Shown: positions 1-9,498, counted from the first letter of the stretch. The stretch: DNA of 64,000 bases from an uncultured Syntrophaceae bacterium (GCA_964492965.1 CAZBME010000026.1:925-64924); one strand, 5' to 3'. Notes: generated from the letters alone by a model not told the origin. Numbers and translations: made by a program.

Positions 1-188
1 CCTTGATCCAGTATGAGCTTGACTCCATCAAGGCTGTTTATGATGGTGATAAGGAATTAGCCCTCATGGCCGCCGGCGAAGCAGCCCAACGGATCAACGA
101 CATGCCCAAGGTCAACGATCTCGTCCAGGTGATGGTCAAGGAAGCCGAAGGCATCCTGCAGGATGTCCGGACAAAATTCCTGGCATAA
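1..188 (+). CDS. C-terminal fragment of an unidentified protein (gene starts upstream of the window)
   Basis: Frame is open from the window edge to TAA at 186-188. A strong hairpin terminator follows. I cannot assign any motif. Confidence 0.4.
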   Translation, partial: LIQYELDSIKAVYDGDKELALMAAGEAAQRINDMPKVNDLVQVMVKEAEGILQDVRTKFLA

Positions 189-211
189 ACCTTTGGATCA
201 ATTATAAAATG

Positions 212-243
212 AAAAAGCCGGGGGCAAAACCCTCGGCTTTTTT
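212..243. terminator. Rho-independent terminator hairpin, probably bidirectional
   Basis: GCCGGGGG (217-224) pairs with CCCTCGGC (230-237) around a CAAAA loop. There is an A-run on the left and a T-run (238-243) on the right. It lies between the convergent plus-strand fragment and the minus-strand maturase gene. Confidence 0.6.
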
Positions 244-303
244 ACATAATGCGACAGATGGAGGGACCCGGCAATCATTCGGGATCGGGTCCTGTGTACG
301 TTT

Positions 304-1542
304 CTACGCAAAATACCCGCAACACTTTTTGTATTTTCGCCCACTTCCACAGGGACAAGACACATTTCTTCCGGGCTTGATATGTGAAGATAATTCAGCC
401 CGCTCCATAGACTCCTGTTGGGATCTGTGTTCGGCGATCAGCCGACGGAAATGGGCGTCGGCATGGGTAAAAAAGAGATTGAAACCTGCGCAGAAATGGT
501 TGAGCCCCTCATCACGCGGGTCCCGGATTCGGTCTTTGACGCAGCCTCCTTGGCACTTTTCCAGCCATTCACACTGGCGGCACGTTTCGATGAATTGTGA
601 TTTCAACTTCCCAAACTCTTGCTGCCGGGGTGAATTGAAAAGGGATATCAAATCCGTCTCCATGATATTGCCCAGCTTCCATTGCGGCTCGACAAAAAAA
701 TCACAGCAATAGACATCACCTGAGTGCTCCACAACCGCATATAATCCGCATTCCGCGCACAGCGCACACTCAGGAGAAGATTGGCCGGCATAGGCATACA
801 TCAGAGACTCAAAATAGCGAATGGATGTTGTAGGCCGTCCATCCACAAAATCGGCCTGCCATAAATCGAAAATTCTGTTCAGGAAAAAACCGAATTGTTC
901 GGAAGTTACGGAAAAGGAAGAGGCCTGACAGGGATTGTCCGGATCTGTTTCCACACAAGGGATGAACTGCATGTAGTTCAGGCCTGATCCCTTGAGAAAC
1001 CCGTAAATCTCGTCCGGGAAACGGGCGGAATAATCGGTAACAACGGACAAGGCATTAACGGCCACCCCTTCATCCAGCATCATCATAGCCTGATCACGCA
1101 CCTTCGCCCATGACCCTTTTCCCCCGCCTGTGCGCCGGTAACGATCATGGATATGTTCGGGTCCGTCAATGGACAAACCGATTAAGAAGTTGTATTCGTT
1201 GAAAAACTTTGCCCATTTTTTGTCTAATAGAAATCCATTGGTCTGCAAGCCGTTACCGACAACTTTACCGTCCCCATAACGCTTTTCCAGCTCGACCGCT
1301 CTTGAGAAAAAAGGCAGGCCCATCAGGGTCGGCTCTCCGCCCTGCCATCCGATAGAAATCTCCTCCTCCGGCTGCTTCATGACCTGCTTGATCAATGATT
1401 CCAGAACCCCTTCGCTCATTCGATGGGTTTCCCTTTCAGGGTAAAGATTGTTCCTGTCCCGGTAGAAGCAATAGGCGCAGGCCATATTGCAGTCGGCACC
1501 GGCCGGTTTGACGAGAACGCTATGGAGGGGTTTTTGATCCAT
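304..1542 (-). CDS. Anaerobic sulfatase-maturating enzyme (radical SAM/SPASM) with a C-terminal SEC-C metal-binding motif
   Basis: N-terminal CNMACAYCFY is a CxxxCxxC radical-SAM motif. Cys-rich SPASM-like region present (CALCAECG, CCDFF, CRQCEWLEKCQGGC). The tail CPCGSGRKYKKCCG is a SEC-C signature. It is the last gene of a sulfatase operon. Confidence 0.85.
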   Translation of the reverse strand: MDQKPLHSVLVKPAGADCNMACAYCFYRDRNNLYPERETHRMSEGVLESLIKQVMKQPEEEISIGWQGGEPTLMGLPFFSRAVELEKRYGDGKVVGNGLQTNGFLLDKKWAKFFNEYNFLIGLSIDGPEHIHDRYRRTGGGKGSWAKVRDQAMMMLDEGVAVNALSVVTDYSARFPDEIYGFLKGSGLNYMQFIPCVETDPDNPCQASSFSVTSEQFGFFLNRIFDLWQADFVDGRPTTSIRYFESLMYAYAGQSSPECALCAECGLYAVVEHSGDVYCCDFFVEPQWKLGNIMETDLISLFNSPRQQEFGKLKSQFIETCRQCEWLEKCQGGCVKDRIRDPRDEGLNHFCAGFNLFFTHADAHFRRLIAEHRSQQESMERAELSSHIKPGRNVSCPCGSGRKYKKCCGYFA

Positions 1543-1545
1543 GTC

Positions 1546-2142
1546 TTATTTTACGAAGAAGGCCTTGTAGCCTTCCATGTACAGGTAAAACCATTTTGTG
1601 CCAGGCGTGTCCCCCGGGGTTCCCCACAGAAGGATAAAATATGTCAGTACTGCAAAACCGGCGAGACCCATGATCGGCCCTGGCGTCACGATTCTGATCG
1701 ATTCACCTCTCTTCGTATACCGCCACCTCCAGAATATTTCACAGAGACAGAGGCATCCGAGCTGCAATCCGAGAACCCCCAGAGGGCTTGGGCTAAGAGC
1801 GTAATAGAAAGATTCACCCAAGGAAAAAAATTCACTCACCCGCCATATCTCTTTTGAAACCCAGGCAATCGGCACCAGGCATGCGCAAAGGATTCTTTCT
1901 TTGGCGGAGGCGCCCCGAGTATACATGACGCTGTATACGAACAGGCTGCTGAATGCAATTGTCATCCCCAGCATCGGGTAGAAAGTGGCCGCCGCTGCTC
2001 GATACGCGCTTCCGCTACCAAACCACTCCAGATGGCTCGTCATGACGTTCAGCAACACCCATACACCCAGAGCAATACCTGCAGGGCAGAGCACTCTGCG
2101 GCTGAAGGGCTGTCCCTCCTTTCGCTCCTTCATCTCAGCCAT
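1546..2142 (-). CDS. Integral membrane protein of unknown function (about 5-6 hydrophobic segments)
   Basis: Several long hydrophobic stretches. The ATG is preceded by GGAGGAAG and overlaps the sulfatase stop by 8 nt (ATGGCTGA). The stop lies 3 nt before the maturase ATG. Confidence 0.6.
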   Translation of the reverse strand: MAEMKERKEGQPFSRRVLCPAGIALGVWVLLNVMTSHLEWFGSGSAYRAAAATFYPMLGMTIAFSSLFVYSVMYTRGASAKERILCACLVPIAWVSKEIWRVSEFFSLGESFYYALSPSPLGVLGLQLGCLCLCEIFWRWRYTKRGESIRIVTPGPIMGLAGFAVLTYFILLWGTPGDTPGTKWFYLYMEGYKAFFVK

Positions 2143-3538
2143 GGGACTTCCTCCTTAAGTAATCCTTCATCATGTCCTGCAACCCCGGCAAAACACTTTT
2201 CCCTTCCCGTGTGGCGCGGATGTCGCGCATGGTGCGGGGATCTTTTTGGACATCGAAAAGCTCCGTACCCCTCTGCCCCTGGTATTCAACATAAAGGTAA
2301 CGGTCTGTTCTCACCGCATCCCACTCGGGAACATTATAGGGAAAGTCTTTGAAGTGTTCCAGGTGGATGGAATCTCGAAGCCGGATCTTTTTATTGGCTA
2401 ATATGGGCCCAAAGTCCTTGCCCTGCATCACCCCGGGAATCTTCTGCCCCGCCAGTTGCAGGAGCGTCGGCGCCATGTCGACATTAAGCACCATTTCTCC
2501 GGAACTTCTCCCGGGACTCTTTATTTTTGCGGGATAGCGCACAATAAAAGGAATGCGTGTTGCTTCTTCATAGGGATATCTCTTATCTATCAACTGTTTT
2601 TCTCCCCAGAAATAGCCGTTATCGCCGGCATAAACGACGATGGTGTTCTCGGCGACACCCAACCGGTCCAGTTCGGTCAGGACGCGGCCGATCTGCTGAT
2701 CCATAGCTGTAATCACCCGATGGTAATCGAGGTATTTCCCCCCTAAGCCGCCCATGACGCCGTAATAGCCGCTTCCCTCTTTCTGGTGAATCCATGGATG
2801 GTATTCGGGCGGCAGCGTGCGGCTCACATCGGCATCGGCATAAATGTTCTGTAATTCGGGCGGCGGCGAAAAGGGTTGATGGGGGGCTTTATGGGCAAGG
2901 TAAACACAAAACGGGCCACCCTTTTCCTGCCTGATAAAATCGAGGGCCAGGTCCGTTAAATCCTCCGTCAGGTATTTCCCTTTTCTTTCCGTAACGACAC
3001 CATTAATGATCAAAGGACAGTCGAAATAAAGCCCCTGCCCTCCGGAGGCGGTAAAGGTAACGAAGTGATCAACTGCTTTCCCCACAAGATCCGGAAGTTT
3101 ACCCGGCATGTGCCATTTGCCGAAAAAAGCGTTTTTGTATCCGGCATTCTTGAGATGCTCCAGAAAGGTCACATTCCTATCATTCCACGGCGTATAATTG
3201 TTTTTGACGCCATGGCGGTGGGCATATTGGCCGGTCAGGAAGCATCCCCGCGACGGGCTGCACAAGGGCGTTGTCGCAAAGGCATTGGTGAACTTTACCC
3301 CTTCTTTTGCAAGACGATCTAGATGGGGGGTTTTGATAAACGGATGCCCCATATTGCTCATGGTGTCCGCACGATGGTCGTCTGAAAGGATCACAACAAT
3401 GTTGGGCCTTTTTTCATACCCCAAAACACGGGAAACAAAGCCGAAGTCAGTTGCGCAAACCGCCAGGGAACCCCCGATGATCTTGAGCGTCTGGCGCCTG
3501 GACACCTTGCAATCGGTAACCTTTATTTCTTCTTCCAT
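2135..3538 (-). CDS. Cys-type sulfatase with twin-arginine (Tat) signal peptide
   Basis: Signal SRRQTLKIIGGSLAVCA; metal site VILSDDHRAD; formylglycine motif CSPSRGCFLTG (C-x-P-x-R). The start is placed at the ATG 7 nt after AAGGAG. ATG 3544 is only 1 nt from the RBS, and the tracked start 3685 has no RBS and overlaps the upstream gene. Confidence 0.85.
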   Translation of the reverse strand: MEEEIKVTDCKVSRRQTLKIIGGSLAVCATDFGFVSRVLGYEKRPNIVVILSDDHRADTMSNMGHPFIKTPHLDRLAKEGVKFTNAFATTPLCSPSRGCFLTGQYAHRHGVKNNYTPWNDRNVTFLEHLKNAGYKNAFFGKWHMPGKLPDLVGKAVDHFVTFTASGGQGLYFDCPLIINGVVTERKGKYLTEDLTDLALDFIRQEKGGPFCVYLAHKAPHQPFSPPPELQNIYADADVSRTLPPEYHPWIHQKEGSGYYGVMGGLGGKYLDYHRVITAMDQQIGRVLTELDRLGVAENTIVVYAGDNGYFWGEKQLIDKRYPYEEATRIPFIVRYPAKIKSPGRSSGEMVLNVDMAPTLLQLAGQKIPGVMQGKDFGPILANKKIRLRDSIHLEHFKDFPYNVPEWDAVRTDRYLYVEYQGQRGTELFDVQKDPRTMRDIRATREGKSVLPGLQDMMKDYLRRKSHG

Positions 3539-3590
3539 GTCCATGCTCCTTTGATAAGACTTTGACATTTCAGATTGAACACCCGCATGT

Positions 3591-4475
3591 TCATTGCATC
3601 GTGCCGCTGGATTTCTGCGGGGAAAGCATCCTTGGCCGAATTTCTTTCCAGTTTTCTCCCACCGGACAGACGCGCATGCACTCAATGCAATGGTCTACAT
3701 CCGTCATATAAATCTGCCCTGTTTCCACCAGGAGATCCCGCCGTTTCAGATGTTGACATACCATTTTGATATATCCCGGCCATTCCCGAAAGCTGGCCGG
3801 CGGCAGGCGCTTGAAGCCGGAGCTCCAGAAGACAAAACAGGGATCCACATCGTAGCGATCATCTTTCAAAGCCCCTGATGGACAGGCCTTAGCGCATCTC
3901 CCACAGTTATTACAAAGATCGAGTTTTCGCCTTGAATCGGCTTCAAGGGGTGCTTCCGTCACAATGGCACACAATCGCTGATGAGGTCCGAATTCAGGCG
4001 TGAGGAACAGGTTGCTCCGGCCAATCTCTCCCATGCCGCAACTGACGGCTGCATGCTTGAGGGAGAGAAACCCTAACGTCCGGGTCTGGCGGAACTTTTT
4101 GCCTGTTTCTGGGTTGTGCTTGAAAATCTCCACCGGTTTATCCGCTGAAATGGGAAGGGAGAGAAAGCCTTCCCGTTCAAGCAGGCGGCCAATTTTTTCA
4201 GCGGTTTCATCCAGCAACCGCGAGGTCTGCATTTTATTCCGTGTCCAGAGCATAATGTCGGGGGAATACACGGCGCCCAAGGAATGGGCGACGGCCATGA
4301 CGATGACGCTTCGGGCAGATGGCAACAGCGCAGTCACCGGCCTTGGCGGATAGGCCAAAATCATTTCTTGTGCATCGGCGATTCCCACCAGATCGATGCC
4401 TTCGGTCCGGATCCACTTCTTAACCGTTGCGGCGTCGATTTTATCAGTATTCCCCGGGATTGCATTGTTCATCAC
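3591..4475 (-). CDS. QueG/RdhA-superfamily protein with two [4Fe-4S] motifs (epoxyqueuosine-reductase / reductive-dehalogenase-like), no signal peptide
   Basis: CNNCGRCAKACP (CxxCxxCxxxCP) plus CIECMRVCP (CxxCxxxCP), the paired signature typical of RdhA/QueG. ATGA overlap with the upstream paralogue. Confidence 0.6.
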   Translation of the reverse strand: MMNNAIPGNTDKIDAATVKKWIRTEGIDLVGIADAQEMILAYPPRPVTALLPSARSVIVMAVAHSLGAVYSPDIMLWTRNKMQTSRLLDETAEKIGRLLEREGFLSLPISADKPVEIFKHNPETGKKFRQTRTLGFLSLKHAAVSCGMGEIGRSNLFLTPEFGPHQRLCAIVTEAPLEADSRRKLDLCNNCGRCAKACPSGALKDDRYDVDPCFVFWSSGFKRLPPASFREWPGYIKMVCQHLKRRDLLVETGQIYMTDVDHCIECMRVCPVGENWKEIRPRMLSPQKSSGTMQ

Positions 4476-5500
4476 TGATTCCTCGCTGCCGATATTGGAA
4501 TCCCGGACTCACAGGGAACGCCGGTGGCGCAAAGGCCGCATCCATAGATAAAGATGTGATAATGCTTATTGCAGTACTTCATGGAATCGGCCACTCTTCG
4601 GGAACAGGCTTCCTTGTCATGGGCCCTCTCCGCCGTTATGGCACCCACCGGGCATCGTTTCGCGCATTCCATACACGGCAGGCCCTGATAATGCCTACAA
4701 TAAGCGTGGATATCCTCCGGCCGACGACGGTTGGGCTCAAGCCTCAAATTGACGACAAAACTGCCGAGGCGGTGCGCAGCCCCCCTTTCCGTAATCAGGA
4801 AGTCATGCATCCCGAAGGTGCCCAGCCCGGCGGCATAAGCCATGTGCCGATGGGACCAGGGGGAGGCCCATCCTACTTTGGGGTACCGCTTTTTATTGAA
4901 CATGGGGGTGACGTCGGGTGCAACGGCCAGGACTCCGCGCCCCATCAGGCCGGTCACGATTTCACGTACAAAGGACTGACTGAAGATTTCGCCCAGAAGG
5001 CGTGTCTGCGCCCATCGTTCCGATGCCCAGTTATTCGCAGCGGCATTATCACGCTTGGTGTTGCTAGAAATCAGCATGACAAAGGAAACCACGCTGAGGT
5101 CTTCGGGGGCCGGCGGTTTAACGCCATTGTTTTCCGCCTGCCAGCGCATAATTTCCCAAGGGGTGAAGTGGTGAGGTCCGATGACCTCTTTGAATCGATC
5201 AAAAATCGGATCATTGCCACGGACGAAACCAACCAGAGGTTCTTTGAAAATCGCTTCACCCCAAAACGGATATTCCATTTTGTTTTCCGGATGAACGGCA
5301 ATTTTATCGTTAATGGTCCGAATAAACCATGCTTCATCCGGCAAAGGATTGGGATCACCCAGGCGAGCGGGCTGATTCAGAGTGGGTTGTTTGGGGAAAA
5401 ACTTTCCATGCATCTCGCCGATCGCATTTTTCATTCCCTCAACGTCGGACAGAAATGAAAATCGACGATATCGATCCGTCATCCTCTTGCGGTAACCCAC
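4472..5500 (-). CDS. Second QueG/RdhA-like Fe-S protein (divergent paralogue)
   Basis: CMECAKRCPVGAI and CGLCATGVPC motifs at the C-terminus. GTG start 7 nt after AAGGGGG. Same architecture class as the downstream neighbour. Confidence 0.55.
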   Translation of the reverse strand: MGYRKRMTDRYRRFSFLSDVEGMKNAIGEMHGKFFPKQPTLNQPARLGDPNPLPDEAWFIRTINDKIAVHPENKMEYPFWGEAIFKEPLVGFVRGNDPIFDRFKEVIGPHHFTPWEIMRWQAENNGVKPPAPEDLSVVSFVMLISSNTKRDNAAANNWASERWAQTRLLGEIFSQSFVREIVTGLMGRGVLAVAPDVTPMFNKKRYPKVGWASPWSHRHMAYAAGLGTFGMHDFLITERGAAHRLGSFVVNLRLEPNRRRPEDIHAYCRHYQGLPCMECAKRCPVGAITAERAHDKEACSRRVADSMKYCNKHYHIFIYGCGLCATGVPCESGIPISAARNQ

Positions 5501-5530
5501 TCGTTGCCCCCTTTTATTGGAACCTTACAC

Positions 5531-7441
5531 CTATAATCTCCCGTCGGTAATCAAATTCTTTCCCTCCACGGTGACTCCCAGGAGCGTCACGATATTGGGA
5601 AGGATTTCATGCTGCCCGGCGTTATGCCAAAATTCGGGGTTCAAATTATTCTGGTGATTCTTTTCTAAAATCGGATTGGATATGGGGCCCTGCTGCAGGT
5701 CATGGCGAATACGGATCAGCTGTCTTCTTCTTTCCATCTCCGGTGTCTGATGATCCAGTTGTTTGATGAGTTCAAGATTATTCAAAGATGAGCTCCCGGT
5801 AAAGAATGATGAAAAGGCCTGGGCCTTTTCTCTGTATTCCAGCAGCGATGCCAGCAGCCATTTGTTCATATCCGTTGGGACAATATCATCGAACCTTGGC
5901 GATACGGGAATAAAAGGCTCCGACAGGTCTGCCGTTTTTCCTGATTCGACGAACTTCAGTATTGTCGTGATTGTTTGGAGGGAATCGCCTCTTTTCCCGA
6001 GCTCAGACTGAATCCTGACATGGGTCAGCAGGCGGGATATGTTCACATGGCTTTCCAATGCCTGAGTGCTCTCTTCCCGCGCATGGCACAGGCACGCAAA
6101 ACGTTCCGGCGCCGATTGTTCTTCGTCATGGGCCATCACGTAATAGTTCAATGCGTTCACATAATGGTCCCATCCGGGAGCGGCATCGTTTTCTCTGGTG
6201 GATTCCCAGGCACTTATATGCATCTCAGCATAAGGCATGGTCTGCATTTTCCGACACCATAGGGAGGTATCTGGCGACGGTTTGGGGGATAGACGCTTTG
6301 TGATTAACAAGCCCTGCTCTTCCAATTGTTTCGCCCTGCCTGCCTTACAGCTGAAGAGGTTAAGTTGATATGGATCAATAGGTTCGTTTAAGTCCATGGG
6401 TGCCAGGATGTTAATGCCAGGAATCAGATAGTACGGTTGATAGCCTATTTCTAAAAAATCGCTTACGAGCTTAATATTGACATTTTCCCCGTCTTTCAAT
6501 TCAAACATGATCAGGGGTGATTGTGACGTCAGAAAATGTTTTCCTCCCATGATGATATTATGTTCCTGACCTTCGGCATCAAGTTTCATGAAATCGATAT
6601 GATCCCATTCATAGGCATTTGAACACTCATCCAGGCCCAGAAGCTCTATGGTTTCAAAATCCCCGCCACTTGCAGGTTTATCAGTTACGGCATTTAATTC
6701 CGGATTGATGTTTAATGAGATTTTTGCTGTTCCTTTTTTGTCCGACAGACCCGCCTGTATCAAAGTGATGTTCTTAAACCCATTGATCTGGATGCTTTTT
6801 CTCAGGAAGGCTGCGGTTAAGCTTGTCGGTTCAAAGGCCCATATTTTTCCGGATGATCCGATCATTTTGGACATGGTAAGCGTGTAGAGCCCATAGTTGG
6901 CGCCGATATCTATGACCTTCATGCCTTCTCGCAGTAATTTTCTGACATAATGAATTTCTTCTTCAAACCAGTCTTCCTGTTCCAAGAGGATATATGGGGT
7001 CATAAATTTTACGGATGAAGGGACACAAACCGTAATACCCCCTATGATCTTGACTTGCAGACAGGCATCAAGTGATGGGTCGGAACTGGTTATCGATCCT
7101 GAATGCTGCCGAATCGATGCGCCTTCCGTAGTGCTTTGAAGCTCGCGCAGATTGTGAATGGCGTCCTCATGGGTTGGTTCAAACTGAAGGACTTGCCGGA
7201 AACTTTCGATAGCCTTGTGGATATCACCCTTGTGCCAGGATGCGACACCGAGGTTGTTTAAGGCCGTTACATTTTCAGGGTAAATTTCGAGAGCCTTTTT
7301 GAAGGCCTTCAGGGCATCATCTATGTTGCCGGCATTAAAATGTCTTTCACCCTCACGGGTCAGCGCCGACGATTGTTCTGAGGAAGAGTGCTTGTTATTT
7401 AGGCCCTGATGATTCTTTGAACGATTGCGATCTCTTTTCAT
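5531..7441 (-). CDS. TPR-repeat / FkbM-family SAM-dependent methyltransferase with a long uncharacterised C-terminal region
   Basis: N-terminal TPR-like repeats (ALEIYPENVTALNNLGVASWHKGDIHKAIESF). Methyltransferase core VIDIGANYGLYTL ... AFEP ... FMKLDAEGQE. About 250 C-terminal residues carry no motif I recognise. Confidence 0.7.
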   Translation of the reverse strand: MKRDRNRSKNHQGLNNKHSSSEQSSALTREGERHFNAGNIDDALKAFKKALEIYPENVTALNNLGVASWHKGDIHKAIESFRQVLQFEPTHEDAIHNLRELQSTTEGASIRQHSGSITSSDPSLDACLQVKIIGGITVCVPSSVKFMTPYILLEQEDWFEEEIHYVRKLLREGMKVIDIGANYGLYTLTMSKMIGSSGKIWAFEPTSLTAAFLRKSIQINGFKNITLIQAGLSDKKGTAKISLNINPELNAVTDKPASGGDFETIELLGLDECSNAYEWDHIDFMKLDAEGQEHNIIMGGKHFLTSQSPLIMFELKDGENVNIKLVSDFLEIGYQPYYLIPGINILAPMDLNEPIDPYQLNLFSCKAGRAKQLEEQGLLITKRLSPKPSPDTSLWCRKMQTMPYAEMHISAWESTRENDAAPGWDHYVNALNYYVMAHDEEQSAPERFACLCHAREESTQALESHVNISRLLTHVRIQSELGKRGDSLQTITTILKFVESGKTADLSEPFIPVSPRFDDIVPTDMNKWLLASLLEYREKAQAFSSFFTGSSSLNNLELIKQLDHQTPEMERRRQLIRIRHDLQQGPISNPILEKNHQNNLNPEFWHNAGQHEILPNIVTLLGVTVEGKNLITDGRL

Positions 7442-7459
7442 CTCGCCTTCTTACCTGGA

Positions 7460-8266
7460 TTACTTGCCTCGGATCAACACAGTGAAAATATAAGCATCCC
7501 TGTCGGCATCGCCGAGAATGACCTCATTCCCTCCGGCTTTGAGACTGATTTTCTTGGGTGCGTTAAGGGTGCCACCGATACGGACGCCATTGACGACGCT
7601 GCCGAGAGTACTGCCCCGATCCACAAAATACACCTCATCCATCACAGCAACAATCGCACAATGGGAACGCGAGATGGAATAGGGGATCTGATCGAACAGA
7701 AATAATTCATTCGCATGGAACAGATTGTCCGACCGTCGAAGGGAGTGACGTCCTATATAGAAAGGCATTTTCCCGATCTTCAACTCTTTTAATCCGTTCA
7801 TGGCTTCGATTGAGCGTGCGGTCATGGGAACAATCGTTACTTCTCCCTGGTCGCGGCTCTCGGGCGTCTTTATGACGCGGACCTTCTCCTGGAATTCCAA
7901 CTCGGATACCCTGGAATAGCTGTTGCGCAGGCGCTCCGAGAAGGCCTGGATGATGGGGCGGATATGTTGCCCGATGTCCAGGTCGTACAATTCGGAAAAT
8001 ATCCGGGGAGTGACGATTTCCACTTCGATATCGGTCAGGGCACGTACGGAAATATCCCGCGGTTCCTCCATGATGAACGCCATCTCGCCAAAGGCCTGAC
8101 CGGGCATCAACGACGCAATCACATATTCCTGTCCGGATGGGTCGCGCTTGATGACTTCGGCTTCGCCCTCCCGGAGGACGAAAATATCATCCCCCAATTC
8201 ACCCCATCGGACAACATATTCTCCGGCTCCATATCGCACCATGCGATAATTCTCGTATTTTATCAT
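7460..8266 (-). CDS. Cyclic-nucleotide-binding domain fused to an FHA domain
   Basis: cNMP-binding signature GQAFGEMAF ... RDISVRA in the N-terminal half. FHA signature YIGRHS ... SRSHCAIV ... VDRGSTLGSVVNGVRI in the C-terminal half. Confidence 0.75.
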   Translation of the reverse strand: MIKYENYRMVRYGAGEYVVRWGELGDDIFVLREGEAEVIKRDPSGQEYVIASLMPGQAFGEMAFIMEEPRDISVRALTDIEVEIVTPRIFSELYDLDIGQHIRPIIQAFSERLRNSYSRVSELEFQEKVRVIKTPESRDQGEVTIVPMTARSIEAMNGLKELKIGKMPFYIGRHSLRRSDNLFHANELFLFDQIPYSISRSHCAIVAVMDEVYFVDRGSTLGSVVNGVRIGGTLNAPKKISLKAGGNEVILGDADRDAYIFTVLIRGK

Positions 8267-8279
8267 GAGTTCACCTTAG

Positions 8280-9425
8280 TCATTCGTTCATAATCAGAAG
8301 GCATTCAATACGATTGCGGCCTCCATTTTTAGCTCGATACAGGGCCTCATCGGCCCGGGCAATCGTCTTTGCCAGGTCTTCTCGCATATAATATTCCGTA
8401 ACGCCGATTGACACGGTGAGCCGAAAATCCGTCCCCCATTCGGGATGCCTGGTTGCTTCTATCCGTCGGCGGATTCTTTCCGCATAAGCGGTGGCCCCTT
8501 CCTTTGTCGTTTGGATCAACACGAGGATAAACTCATCTCCGCCGTAACGTCCGCAATAATCCGTTGTCCGCAACGTGTCCTTCGTAATATCTGCGACTTC
8601 CCTGATGACCACATCCCCGACAGCATGTCCCAGGGTATCGTTCACTTTCTTGAATTCATCGATATCCATCATGATTAAGGAAAATAGCTGACCATTGCGA
8701 ACGGCCCGCTTGCTTTCGATGCCGAGGAGCTCCATCAGGTGCCGTCTGTTGAGGAGGCCCGTCAGATCATCTCGAGTGGCCATTTCCTTAATGGTCTCCA
8801 TGGCCGCTTCAAGTTCATGATGGCTTCTTTGCAATTTATGTTTCAGCGAACTGATGTAACCGCCGATGAAAGAAAAACAGGGAAGCAGGATGGCGAGGGC
8901 CATCCATTTGAGCAACTCAACTTTGAGCAAAATTGTTTCCGGTTTGAATTTATACAGCAGGTAAATGGCCAGACCGTAGGTCGCCAGAGAAAACACGGTA
9001 ATCTTTAAAAATTTACGCGTATCCAGACTGAAAACGCCAAAAAGAAATACCATGAGATAGACGACCACATACACACTGCTGGCATGATAGGCAAAATACA
9101 TCAGATACATCAGGAATAAGGTCGCAGAATACATCTGTAATTCCGTCATGCTGGGATCGGCCAGTCTGAGATTGAGGGAAGAACGCAAAACGGCATAGAA
9201 AACGATTTGGAACAGCACAATGATAATCAGAAGAACATGAAGGTATCTGTATTCCACAAGGCCGAGCCAGGCCGCGAAGTAGCCCAGGATAAAGGTCATG
9301 GCATATGTTGCCATCGCCATAAAAAGACGTTTGATGCGGATGGCCTGCTGCTTGTCGTCATGAGGAATGACAGGAAAACGAGAGAAAAAATCTCTCACCT
9401 TAGTATTCTGGAATAAAGATGTCAT
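8280..9425 (-). CDS. Membrane-anchored diguanylate cyclase (GGDEF)
   Basis: About 190 aa of hydrophobic segments followed by a GGDEF domain with RYGGDEFILV and DALTGLLNRR-type motifs. Confidence 0.85.
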   Translation of the reverse strand: MTSLFQNTKVRDFFSRFPVIPHDDKQQAIRIKRLFMAMATYAMTFILGYFAAWLGLVEYRYLHVLLIIIVLFQIVFYAVLRSSLNLRLADPSMTELQMYSATLFLMYLMYFAYHASSVYVVVYLMVFLFGVFSLDTRKFLKITVFSLATYGLAIYLLYKFKPETILLKVELLKWMALAILLPCFSFIGGYISSLKHKLQRSHHELEAAMETIKEMATRDDLTGLLNRRHLMELLGIESKRAVRNGQLFSLIMMDIDEFKKVNDTLGHAVGDVVIREVADITKDTLRTTDYCGRYGGDEFILVLIQTTKEGATAYAERIRRRIEATRHPEWGTDFRLTVSIGVTEYYMREDLAKTIARADEALYRAKNGGRNRIECLLIMNE

Positions 9426-9498
9426 AGGCCTTCAGCACTTTTTTATTCCGTGGACATAACCGGTTTTGTTGAAAATGGGCATTTTATAAGGGTGGCAC

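Noticed and set aside
209-712. 167-aa plus-strand ORF starting in the first terminator
   Set aside because: Its first 12 codons are the terminator hairpin itself and the rest is antisense to the radical-SAM maturase.
4427-5458. 343-aa plus-strand ORF
   Set aside because: It is antisense shadow of the QueG/RdhA-like gene, has no RBS and shows Gly/Arg/Pro-rich composition without motifs. The minus-strand frame carries clear Fe-S signatures.
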